A DNA stretch of 63,609 nt from an uncultured Gammaproteobacteria bacterium (lineage in GTDB: Bacteria; Pseudomonadota; Gammaproteobacteria; UBA4575). The DNA is taken from the NCBI GenBank assembly GCA_937922735.1, contig CALAJL010000023.1:1-63609 (forward strand). Direction: 5' to 3'. Position numbers and translations under genes: made by a program. Of the stretch, positions 29,082 to 38,067 are shown piece by piece. Each line of letters opens with the position of its first letter. Position 1 is the stretch's first letter. The notes under the pieces were generated by a model. It worked only from the letters and a program-made list of their open reading frames with translations, had not been told where the DNA came from and did no database searches.

Positions 29082-29344
29082 TGATTTTAATGTATTTCAA
29101 CAATCTCTCTCCACTGGCCAGTTCAAAAAATGCTACAATTTGCTTATATTAGAAAGAGTTGGCGAAGAGAATAATAACATTGCATGCTATGTAACTTATT
29201 AAGTAACAATAAGTTACAGATACTTTTTCATCTTAAGTATTACATTTAACAACTAGCACGATACCCAAATCATGTGGGTATTGATCGGTTTTGTATGCAG
29301 ATTAAGCAATATTAAGAACTTAGATTCATTTAGGAGAATGCAAC

Positions 29345-30649
29345 ATGGCAGATCGTACCGTCACAGTCACCGATAATACGACAGGGAATAAAGTCGACCT
29401 ACCGATTCTGGATGGCACCAATGGTCCAAGCGTCATCGATATTGGCAAATTATATAAAGAACTTGGCTATTTCACATTTGACCCTGGTTTTGTTTCCACA
29501 GGAAGCTGTGACAGTAAAATCACCTTCATTGATGGTGACATCGGCCTACTACGCTATCGCGGCTACCCAATCGAACAGCTAGCAGCTAAGAGCACCTTCT
29601 TAGAGGTCTGTTATCTGCTTCTTTTTGGTGAACTACCTACCGCACAAGCATTTGATGAATTTAAAGCACGTCAAAAAATGCACACCATGCTTGACGAAAA
29701 AATGCGCCGCTTTTATTTGGGGTTCCATAACGACTCTCACCCCATGGCGATGATGGTTGCTACCGTGGGCGCCCTCTCTGCGTTCTACCATGATCAGATT
29801 GATGTACATGACCCTGAGTCACGCGAGATTGCTGCAAACCGTTTAATCGCTAAAGTACCAACCATGGCAGCATGGGTGCACAAGTACTCAATTGGTCAGC
29901 CATTCATGTACCCAAACAATAATTTGGACTATGTGCCTAATTTCTTACATATGATGTTTGGCTTACCGACCATGGACTACCAACCTAGCCCTGTCTTTGT
30001 AAAAGCAATGGATGTAATTTTGATATTACATGCAGATCACGAACAAAATGCATCTACTTCAACCGTAAGACTTGCAGGCAGCTCAGGCGCCAACCCTTAT
30101 GCAGCTTTATCTGCTGGTATCAGTTCTCTTTGGGGTCCAGCTCACGGCGGTGCTAATGAGGCTGTAATTAGAATGTTGGAAGATATCGTTGAATCCGATA
30201 ATGATGTTGCCTATTACGTAGATCGCGCTAAAGACAAAGACTCACCTTTCCGTTTAATGGGCTTTGGTCATCGTGTATATAAAAACTATGACCCAAGAGC
30301 AAAGATTATTCGTGAAGTATGTCATGAATTACTGGCTGAATTAGGTGACGATAATCCGAATAGACCATTATTTGATACGGCAATGGAATTAGAACAGATT
30401 GCACTTTCCGATGATTATTTTGTAGAACGAAAATTATATCCAAACGTTGATTTTTACTCGGGCATTATTCTACGTGCGATGGGTATACCCATGAATATGT
30501 TTACTGTGATTTTTGCACTTGCTAGAACGGTTGGTTGGATTTCACATTGGAAAGAACATATGAGTGATCCTGCTGCAAAAATTGGACGTCCACGTCAATT
30601 GTATACAGGTTCAGATGAAAGAGACTATGTTGATATTAACAATCGTTAA
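29345..30649 (+). CDS. gltA: Citrate synthase (type II)
   Basis: 434 aa with [12 protein letters not shown] and [14 protein letters not shown] catalytic motifs. Confidence 0.95.
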   Translation: MADRTVTVTDNTTGNKVDLPILDGTNGPSVIDIGKLYKELGYFTFDPGFVSTGSCDSKITFIDGDIGLLRYRGYPIEQLAAKSTFLEVCYLLLFGELPTAQAFDEFKARQKMHTMLDEKMRRFYLGFHNDSHPMAMMVATVGALSAFYHDQIDVHDPESREIAANRLIAKVPTMAAWVHKYSIGQPFMYPNNNLDYVPNFLHMMFGLPTMDYQPSPVFVKAMDVILILHADHEQNASTSTVRLAGSSGANPYAALSAGISSLWGPAHGGANEAVIRMLEDIVESDNDVAYYVDRAKDKDSPFRLMGFGHRVYKNYDPRAKIIREVCHELLAELGDDNPNRPLFDTAMELEQIALSDDYFVERKLYPNVDFYSGIILRAMGIPMNMFTVIFALARTVGWISHWKEHMSDPAAKIGRPRQLYTGSDERDYVDINNR

Positions 30650-30666
30650 GTAAAATTAAGTAACGG

Positions 30667-31824
30667 TTATTCTATTTCTGCAAAGAACTTTCTGATCACA
30701 GGACTAAAAAGCTCCTCGTCTATTAAGAATGCATCGTGTCCTTTCATGGATGCGATGCGTTCAAATTCAACATTATGTCCTGCATTTTTAATTCCATTAA
30801 AAATTTCTTCCTGCTGTTGAATGGGAAACAAAATATCAGTATCCACACCAACCACTAAAGTCTTTTTAGCAAGCACTTTGGCAAGTCCAGCATTAACTGA
30901 TCCGCCATGTTCTGCAACATCAAATAAATCCATCGCTCGCGATAAATATAAATAACTATTCGCATCAAAGTTTTCTACGAACTTATGTGCGTTGTAATCC
31001 AAATAAGACTCTACTTCAAATTCAATTCCAAACTTATCTTTACCTCGTTTACTAGAATCAATACGTGCACGATTAAAGCGCTCATTCCACTCCTCCGCAG
31101 CACGGTATGACACCAAGCCAAGCTTTCGTGCGAGTACCATCCCATTCTTAGGTTCTTCATCAGGTTCATAACAACCGTTTTTCCAATCAGGATCGCATCG
31201 CACAATCTCTCGTTGCAATGAACGCATCGCAATCGCTAACGGCAATGACCGACAAGCAGCGGATATAGTCACCACATAATCCACTTCCTTAGGATACTGT
31301 AGTGCATACGCCAACGATGACATGCCTCCCATAGATGCCCCTATCACTGCACATAGGTGATCGACACCAAGTTCTTGCATGGCGTGGTGTCCGGCTTTTG
31401 CGATATCTTCTATAGTGAGTTCAGGAAATTCTGAACAGTACTGTTTTCCGGTTTTAGGATTGATAGAACTCGCACTTGTTGAACCAAAACAACTCCCCAG
31501 CGAATTCACACAAACAACATAAAAGCGATCGGTATCAATTGGTTTGCCCGGCCCAATCATATATTCCCACCAGCCAGGAGCGGGATCTTCAGCAGATGAA
31601 CATGCATGGGCAGACGGAGATAAGCCGGTAAAAACTAATACAGCATTGTCATGTGTTTCTGAGAGCTTACCCCATGCTTCATACGCTACATGCACCTTAG
31701 GTAACACATCACCACGACGCATAATAAAGTCAGTTGTACCGTAATCACCATGCAGTTCGACATATTTCGTTGCTGGAGGCGCGCGGTTTGGGATAGGGTG
31801 AATGTCTTTAGCGGGTGTACTCAC
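30667..31824 (-). CDS. metX: Homoserine O-acyltransferase, MetX family (alpha/beta hydrolase)
   Basis: 385 aa with nucleophile elbow GASMGGM and a MetX-type N-terminal region and length. The acyl donor (acetyl or succinyl) is not assignable. Confidence 0.85.
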   Translation of the reverse strand: MSTPAKDIHPIPNRAPPATKYVELHGDYGTTDFIMRRGDVLPKVHVAYEAWGKLSETHDNAVLVFTGLSPSAHACSSAEDPAPGWWEYMIGPGKPIDTDRFYVVCVNSLGSCFGSTSASSINPKTGKQYCSEFPELTIEDIAKAGHHAMQELGVDHLCAVIGASMGGMSSLAYALQYPKEVDYVVTISAACRSLPLAIAMRSLQREIVRCDPDWKNGCYEPDEEPKNGMVLARKLGLVSYRAAEEWNERFNRARIDSSKRGKDKFGIEFEVESYLDYNAHKFVENFDANSYLYLSRAMDLFDVAEHGGSVNAGLAKVLAKKTLVVGVDTDILFPIQQQEEIFNGIKNAGHNVEFERIASMKGHDAFLIDEELFSPVIRKFFAEIE

Positions 31825-31905
31825 AATTTTCTCAATCTATATCTGATTCATTAGTCATAAAGACCTAACGTTTAAGAAAGGAATTCTAGCAGTTACATTA
31901 CAAGT

Positions 31906-32403
31906 TTAAATAGATTTTCGTGTGCGTAGGGTCAGAATCACAGATAAAATCAGCAATAATACAAATAAGATTAATGTCTGCTCAGGAATTGTCAAACCTG
32001 CAAATTCCCAACTAATATCCGCACACGACCCTGAACCTGTGAGTGTTTTTCTCAACGTTTCAAATAATGGCAGTGTATCTAGCATAAAGTATAAGTCTGG
32101 TCCGCATTCCGGTACCTGATCCTTAGGAAGGTTTTGCAGCCAAATATGTCGTGAAGCAAGTCCTATTCCAACCATTGACAACAACATGCAACACACACTA
32201 TTTATTTTCGCAAAAATAGTCTTTGGTCCTATCAACCATGCAAGCAGGAACAACGCCCCCATAGAAATGATTACTACTCTGTCTAAAATACATAATGGGC
32301 ATGGGTCTAAATACAATGTTCTTTCTAAATAAAGCACTGCAAACAACATGGATGCAACACAAATAGCAAAGCCCACAAATGCTAATGGTCTATAATTAAA
32401 CAT
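31906..32403 (-). CDS. dsbB: Disulfide bond formation protein B
   Basis: 165 aa with 4 TM helices, a CPLC pair in the first periplasmic loop and a second Cys pair region (ECGPD...C). Confidence 0.85.
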   Translation of the reverse strand: MFNYRPLAFVGFAICVASMLFAVLYLERTLYLDPCPLCILDRVVIISMGALFLLAWLIGPKTIFAKINSVCCMLLSMVGIGLASRHIWLQNLPKDQVPECGPDLYFMLDTLPLFETLRKTLTGSGSCADISWEFAGLTIPEQTLILFVLLLILSVILTLRTRKSI

Positions 32404-32428
32404 AGAGAATTATGTAGTTTTATATCTT

Positions 32429-32980
32429 TTATTCAACAGTTGACCCGGCAGGTGTTTCGACGGGCACCTCATCAAGCAGTTCACTTGGCAGTTCATACGT
32501 CACTTCAGAATATCCTTCTGGTGGCCCTTGTAACTCAAAATCATCAACCGTTTTTGTTTCTTGTATATTAGATGAGCCTTCTCTTTGTGCAATATTGTAT
32601 TCAAACCAATCTGATTTTACTGAAAACACATCATACGTGACATTATCACCATTACTGTTAACTTCAGTATATACACCATCTTTATAACTCCACGTACCTG
32701 CATCAGATGATTTCTCGTAAAGCTTATCTCCATCATGCACAATCATATAATCGACTTCATAGGTTCCATCGGACCCTCGAACCATTTTCCAAGACTCGGA
32801 CCAGCCCGCATCTTCTTCGTCTTCATAGGTTCCATCACCACGCCACACACCTGCTAAAGCTTCCGTTGCTTTCGCATCATCATCTTTGACTTCAGGATTA
32901 TTTGTGCAAGACCATAATGGTATTAGCAAAGATGCTATAAAAAAGAGTCTAAAGAAAAAACCTATTGATGAAATTTTCAT
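32429..32980 (-). CDS. Hypothetical lipoprotein
   Basis: Lipobox LWSC after a signal peptide. It is acidic with repeated DGTYE/DGVYTE-like strands. No family recognised. Confidence 0.6.
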   Translation of the reverse strand: MKISSIGFFFRLFFIASLLIPLWSCTNNPEVKDDDAKATEALAGVWRGDGTYEDEEDAGWSESWKMVRGSDGTYEVDYMIVHDGDKLYEKSSDAGTWSYKDGVYTEVNSNGDNVTYDVFSVKSDWFEYNIAQREGSSNIQETKTVDDFELQGPPEGYSEVTYELPSELLDEVPVETPAGSTVE

Positions 32981-33034
32981 ATGGCCCGATCCAGTGGTTA
33001 GTAAGAATATACAGAAGTTTAACCATTACTCTTC

Positions 33035-33574
33035 TCACCCACAATCCAATGCGTTTAATTTTTGATACCATTCGATTAATTCATCAAGTGAATATGCAGC
33101 ATTTGCAGGACTTGGATTGGGTGTAACAAATATACAGGACTTGTTTATTTTGAAACTTTGCAAGCCCCAGTCAACTTTGTCTTTACTGAAACTACTATAT
33201 TGCAAGAACTTATTGATTGCGACTTTGCCATGAAACCAGCAAATTTTGGGTTGATATTTAATGATTGCCGCCTCTAAAGCTGGTGCACCAATCTTATAAT
33301 CAGCAGCTACCATATCTTTACCCATTGAAGAGTGTCGCTTTGCCACATCCGTAAAGCCTATTTTATACTTTTGAAATAATGCCTCTTGAGATGCTTTAGA
33401 CGGGTCAAGCTCTTCTAGAATTAAATCACTCGCATTCAACGCCTTCCAGAAACGATTTCTAGGATTTGCAAAATAATATCCGCTCACAACGGAAATCGTC
33501 GATGGATTTAACCCAATGGACAATATCTTTAAATCAAAATCGAAATAGTCTTTTAGGGTTTCCATATTTAGCAC
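33035..33574 (-). CDS. mug: G/U mismatch-specific uracil-DNA glycosylase (Mug/TDG family)
   Basis: ILSIGLNPS, NPRNRFWKAL and VTPNPSPANA align with E. coli Mug motifs (GINPG, NRFW, LPNPSG). Confidence 0.85.
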   Translation of the reverse strand: MLNMETLKDYFDFDLKILSIGLNPSTISVVSGYYFANPRNRFWKALNASDLILEELDPSKASQEALFQKYKIGFTDVAKRHSSMGKDMVAADYKIGAPALEAAIIKYQPKICWFHGKVAINKFLQYSSFSKDKVDWGLQSFKINKSCIFVTPNPSPANAAYSLDELIEWYQKLNALDCG

Positions 33575-33635
33575 TTAATATTTTAATTCAAAGCTTGTTA
33601 CAATTTAGACCTACTAATATAACTCAAAGATAATC

Positions 33636-34370
33636 ATGGGCACTGCAAAAATATCTTCTCATACTATTCAGGCTTTGGAACTTGGCCCAATGGAAAATTT
33701 TGTTTATTTAATAGTAGATAATGAAACTAATACCGCAGCAGTCGTCGACCCTGCATGGGATGTAGATAAAATTATCCAACAAGCAGAAAACCTTAATGCA
33801 ACTATTACAAATGTATTATTAACACATAGTCACCATGATCATATAAATGGGTTAGAAGGAATCCTTAATCAATATGACGCACAAATCCATATACTAAAAA
33901 ACGAAGCTGAATTTTGGGGCGAGAACTTAAACAAACCTACATTACATTATGGCGGCGATAGCATTCAAATTGGGAATACCGAAATTGAAGTGATGCATAC
34001 CCCGGGTCATACACCAGGCTCTACATGTTATCGCGTTGGAGATGACTTAATAACTGGTGACACTTTATTTGTTTTTGGTTGTGGACGATGCGATATGCAT
34101 GGTGGTGACCCTGAACAAATGTATGCCACATTAAAACGATTTAAAACAAATTTACCAAACGATATCGTGATTCATCCCGGGCATAACTATGCAACACAGA
34201 AATCTTCAACCTTAAAAGAAGAGGTTGAAGGCAATCCATTTATGCATTTTACCGAAGTTGATCAATTTGTTCGTTACCGTATGAAGGTGCATGATCAAAT
34301 CAGAAACTCTCCTTATGCTTCGCAAAGCAGTACTGACTTGCAAAAGCAATTAGAGAAGCTAGAACGCTAA
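33636..34370 (+). CDS. MBL-fold metallo-hydrolase (glyoxalase II-like)
   Basis: LTHSHHDHINGL metal motif, HTPGHTPGS and GDTLF blocks. Confidence 0.85.
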   Translation: MGTAKISSHTIQALELGPMENFVYLIVDNETNTAAVVDPAWDVDKIIQQAENLNATITNVLLTHSHHDHINGLEGILNQYDAQIHILKNEAEFWGENLNKPTLHYGGDSIQIGNTEIEVMHTPGHTPGSTCYRVGDDLITGDTLFVFGCGRCDMHGGDPEQMYATLKRFKTNLPNDIVIHPGHNYATQKSSTLKEEVEGNPFMHFTEVDQFVRYRMKVHDQIRNSPYASQSSTDLQKQLEKLER

Positions 34371-34411
34371 GACATTTACCCAAAAAATTACAATAACAGT
34401 GAGTTTTGGGC

Positions 34412-34780
34412 TTAAGACGCTTGTTTACTTAGGTTGATTAATATTTCACTAATACCCTGCGCTGAACCTAGGTATGGTGCAGTTTTAATGTTTACACCAG
34501 GGTTTAGAGCTTGCGCTTTTTCAAGTTCTTCAGGTATATCCGAAACCACATGCCTACCAGCAGACAGGAAATATGGCAAAACCGTGACCGTTTCTGCCCC
34601 TTTTTCTACACAAGCACTTACACCAGCTGGTATCAAAGGATCTGCTAACTCAAGAAAGGCACACTCAACAATAGAGTAATCTCCGTTCGTCTTCTGCGCG
34701 AGTGCTTTAGTTAATTCACGCACCTCATCATTGGAGGCCTGACGCCTACTTCCGTGAGCAATTAGTAATAATGCATTCAT
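34412..34780 (-). CDS. cbiX: CbiX/SirB-type sirohydrochlorin chelatase (short form)
   Basis: 122 aa with LLIAHGSR..., LADPLIP and PYFLSAGRHV motifs. Confidence 0.8.
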   Translation of the reverse strand: MNALLLIAHGSRRQASNDEVRELTKALAQKTNGDYSIVECAFLELADPLIPAGVSACVEKGAETVTVLPYFLSAGRHVVSDIPEELEKAQALNPGVNIKTAPYLGSAQGISEILINLSKQAS

Positions 34781-34879
34781 ACAATAATGCTATCACAGCT
34801 AAATTTGTATAAAACAAGAAGGCCGGAAGATATTCAAAAATGTACGGTACAATTTTTTACAACAACAAAACTATCAGAC

Positions 34880-34916
34880 AAAAAAAACCCACGTTAGAGG
34901 TTAATTTAACGTGGGT
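34880..34916 (-). terminator. Rho-independent terminator downstream of the PilZ gene
   Basis: On the minus strand: ACCCACGTTA-(10-nt loop)-TAACGTGGGT followed by T8. The stem is a perfect 10 bp. Confidence 0.8.
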
Positions 34917-35084
34917 CAGTTTCAGAAGGAGAGAAACTACAGTTTGTATTATAGTCTGTGATTAACTCTAAATTTTTACAGCTCATCTGTGAAAATCACC
35001 CATTAAGCCCAGGCTTTTCCAGATTTCCCCCAAATTAACCTTGAATTTATTGCAAATCGTTACACGCCATTTATTAATGGGCGT

Positions 35085-35471
35085 TTAAACATCACCAAAT
35101 TCTTGTTTCAACAACTGCTCTTCCGTCAATAATCGTTGTTGAGAGTTCATGTTATCTTTCTTGTAGGTCACCATAGCTGCACCCTGCTCGTCTGTGCGGA
35201 TCACAATACCCATCAATCTTGTAATTCTTCGTAGAGAGCCATTCTTGCTCACTAAGACGATCTCAACCTTTTTCCCACGCTCTAAATCATGGTCAGGAAT
35301 ATGCACATACAAACCCCCTTCACTAATATTGCCTTGATGCGCTTTCAGGGTGGAACATCCATTTCGCTTCACATATACATCACCCAAAATATCTGCCCTT
35401 TCATCCCGCGGGAAAAATGAGCTGCGCAGTGTTTTTTTGCGAAATATACCTAACATAGACTGGGTGATCAC
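35085..35471 (-). CDS. PilZ domain protein (single domain)
   Basis: An N-terminal basic motif (FRKKTLRS / PRDER) is followed by NISEGGLYV, the (D/N)xSxxG motif. The RxxxR element is not canonical. Confidence 0.7.
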   Translation of the reverse strand: MITQSMLGIFRKKTLRSSFFPRDERADILGDVYVKRNGCSTLKAHQGNISEGGLYVHIPDHDLERGKKVEIVLVSKNGSLRRITRLMGIVIRTDEQGAAMVTYKKDNMNSQQRLLTEEQLLKQEFGDV

Positions 35472-35628
35472 GAAGACAGTTGCGAATAGCTAACCATCCA
35501 CTATAGATTTGAGTGAGTTAAATGAATTCTCTTTGTACCATAGGCATATGGGCACTTTTGTGACAGCCTACTCCGATAGCTCGTAAATTATTGTGGTCGA
35601 ACGGCCAGTTATTGACTTTACCAACTAT

Positions 35629-35940
35629 TTAATATCTGCGTTGCATCGCGGTGTCACGAAACTGTTTCCAGTCATAACCAATGACGTTGCGTTTTTCAGT
35701 ATCGTTTTTATATTTACTCAATAGATACTTATAGCTGATATGAGGGATTTTATAGGTAAATAGCGCCAAAATCATAAACATGGCACCCATTGCCGTCGTG
35801 CGATTACCACCGACATCAATTCCAAACAGCCAGACGGCTGATGCGACAACAGCCACAAGTCCTATTGTCGCAAATGTTAGCTTACGACTAATTTGATGAA
35901 ATTCTCTGTATAATTCTTGTGATATATTACGTTCAGTCAT
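35629..35940 (-). CDS. Hypothetical 2-TM membrane protein
   Basis: 103 aa with two hydrophobic helices. Its ATG overlaps the stop of the upstream rhomboid gene (ATGA at 35937-35940). Confidence 0.6.
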   Translation of the reverse strand: MTERNISQELYREFHQISRKLTFATIGLVAVVASAVWLFGIDVGGNRTTAMGAMFMILALFTYKIPHISYKYLLSKYKNDTEKRNVIGYDWKQFRDTAMQRRY

Positions 35941-36512
35941 CTATGTAACTTATTATTTTTTATAATAATATAGGCAGATATTAATAAGCCACCTATAAAC
36001 CCATACAAATGCGCTTGAACCACTACAGGCCCACCAGCGGCGGATTCACTACCCGGTAATGGCCCCATTATGCCTTCCCAAATTAATTTAGCAGAAAGCG
36101 CGCATAGAAGAAGTAAATTTAACCAATGCTTATGAGAGAGATAATCAACAATAATTAAGGTTACTAATACCCCATGAAGTGATCCTGATAGACCTACATA
36201 CCATTGAATGTCAGGGCTAAAAATCCACATTCCAATTGTCACTATGCAACAACATATCACTAGCACCAACACCATTTCCGTTAGCTTTAAACACTTTGGA
36301 TACAATACAACTATTGCAATCAATGCCAAAACATTCATCATCAAATGTCGCCAAGTCAAGTGCACTATATTACCAGTGAAAAATCTCCACCATTGGCCAT
36401 CGCTTATATCTGCCCTAGAATACTGCATCCAATCGACTCCAAACATCAGACTTAGTTGCGCTATGCTGCTTAGAATAATAAAAATTAATATAATAATTAT
36501 GTTTTTATTCAT
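35937..36512 (-). CDS. Rhomboid-family intramembrane serine protease, rhombosortase-like short form
   Basis: 191 aa with 6 TM helices and no cytosolic domain. YSRADISDGQWWRFFTGNIVHLTWRHLMMN is a rhombosortase-type N-terminus. Catalytic GLSGSLHG Ser and AHLYGFIGG His are present. Confidence 0.7.
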   Translation of the reverse strand: MNKNIIIILIFIILSSIAQLSLMFGVDWMQYSRADISDGQWWRFFTGNIVHLTWRHLMMNVLALIAIVVLYPKCLKLTEMVLVLVICCCIVTIGMWIFSPDIQWYVGLSGSLHGVLVTLIIVDYLSHKHWLNLLLLCALSAKLIWEGIMGPLPGSESAAGGPVVVQAHLYGFIGGLLISAYIIIKNNKLHR

Positions 36513-36615
36513 GTCGTTATATGTAGTTCTTAAACTATACTATTATTAATTAGTTGGATAGTTATTGAAACTTCCAAAAACGTTACAATATCTAATTATG
36601 TCAATGATCTGAAAC

Positions 36616-37122
36616 TTGGACTCTCAATTGAACAAACGAAATTTTCTTATCGTAGTGGGCGGGTTTACCTTATTTACTATTTTACAGGTTAATTCCAAAC
36701 ATAATCGAATTGCTATAAAAGCCAATCCTGAGATCAAAAAATGGGAGAAAGATGATCAATTCTGGCGGGACAAATTAACTACTTCTCAATATGCCATCCT
36801 CAGGAATGGAGCTACCGAACCACGCTATTCCAGTAAATATACTAAATTCTATGAAAATGGTACGTATAGCTGCCAAGGATGTGATTTAGAATTATTTACT
36901 GGTGATATGAAATATGACAGTAACACGGGTTGGCCAAGTTTTAGCGACCATATACATGGGCACTTAGAAACCTATACAGATTTAAAAGGTATATGGCCAA
37001 AAACCGGATATCGATGCGGCCAATGTGGCGGTCACCATGGGCATCTGATTATGGATGGTCCACAACCCACTGGGCAACGTTGGTGTAATAACGGACAAGT
37101 TTTAAAATTTAAACCTGCTTAA
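36616..37122 (+). CDS. msrB: Peptide-methionine (R)-S-oxide reductase MsrB with hydrophobic N-terminal extension
   Basis: CQGC and CGQCGGHHGH zinc pairs, GHLIMDGP, and a catalytic RWCNN region. TTG start. The N-terminus NKRNFLIVVGGFTLFTILQV looks like a signal peptide or anchor. Confidence 0.85.
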   Translation: MDSQLNKRNFLIVVGGFTLFTILQVNSKHNRIAIKANPEIKKWEKDDQFWRDKLTTSQYAILRNGATEPRYSSKYTKFYENGTYSCQGCDLELFTGDMKYDSNTGWPSFSDHIHGHLETYTDLKGIWPKTGYRCGQCGGHHGHLIMDGPQPTGQRWCNNGQVLKFKPA

Positions 37123-37177
37123 ATTTGACCGGCAGGTTGAGTTATAGACTCAATCAAATAAATGTTGTGTATTTACT

Positions 37178-37369
37178 TTAGATTGTTAGTAACAATGCGA
37201 GTACAAAAGAAACACCAATATATACCGCCAAGCCGACTCCAAATGCGATGCGTTTTTCAGGGTATACAATCAACTCACCATTCTGGAGTTTTTGAGATTT
37301 TTCCAATCCAGTGGAAATGAATAAAAATCCCATTAACCAGACAATTAACAATAAACTAGTTCCTAACAT
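37178..37369 (-). CDS. Small 2-TM membrane protein (63 aa)
   Basis: The ORF track gives 37178-37441. The internal ATG at 37369 is preceded by a perfect AAGGAG and starts directly at the hydrophobic MLGTSLLLIVWLMGFLF. Confidence 0.55.
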   Translation of the reverse strand: MLGTSLLLIVWLMGFLFISTGLEKSQKLQNGELIVYPEKRIAFGVGLAVYIGVSFVLALLLTI

Positions 37370-37646
37370 AAAATCTCCTTGCGTATGTGTATTATTCGCT
37401 TGGCAATCGGGCTGAACTACGTGGCTAAGCCCTTTGATCAACCAACTCTACACAACTCAAATAATACCCACTCAAGACATAAGTTAATGTGAAATAGGCA
37501 ACAATCTAAATGTTTTCACAATAGTTAACGCGCTGAAATCCAAACTAAATCTAGGATACTATTCACAAACTAAGCTTTTAACACCGCCATGCTAATACAC
37601 CTTTTCAAAGCGTGACGCACTTCACGCTACACATTAGAATGTACTC

Positions 37647-38030
37647 ATGACCAATAAAGATAAAATTGATTTAAATAATATAGAAAACTCATCTATTCCA
37701 CCTTTAAACGAGGAACTTGATGATTTTCTGCTGCCGGGTATTCATGAGGCAATTGCAGAATTCACTACTCAAGCACAAATTTATTTCCCACAAATACTTA
37801 ACGATGAACTTGATCAAGCTGCTGCGAAAGTTCACTTAGATAATCTACAAGAGCATATAAATCGCACTAATCAATTATCTGGTCAAACTTCCCAACAAGA
37901 TGTTGAAAAAGTCTCCACGGCTTTGCAAGCACTTTTAAAAATAGGAGATAAAAAGCAAGACGATATGATGGCCTGTGCTTTACTAGATTATATAGATGAA
38001 ATATTAGAAATGTTGAATGCTGAAAAATAG
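37647..38030 (+). CDS. Hypothetical acidic helical protein
   Basis: 127-aa ORF in an otherwise empty spacer. No family recognised. Confidence 0.5.
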   Translation: MTNKDKIDLNNIENSSIPPLNEELDDFLLPGIHEAIAEFTTQAQIYFPQILNDELDQAAAKVHLDNLQEHINRTNQLSGQTSQQDVEKVSTALQALLKIGDKKQDDMMACALLDYIDEILEMLNAEK

Positions 38031-38067
38031 CCTCATAGATAATTGAAATACTAAATAATGTTGAACT

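Noticed and set aside
29191-29217. Perfect 10-bp inverted repeat GTAACTTATT-N7-AATAAGTTAC between mobB and gltA.
   Set aside because: It could be a weak mobB terminator or an operator. The stem is AT-only, there is no adjacent U-tract, and nothing distinguishes it from chance palindromes in AT-rich DNA.
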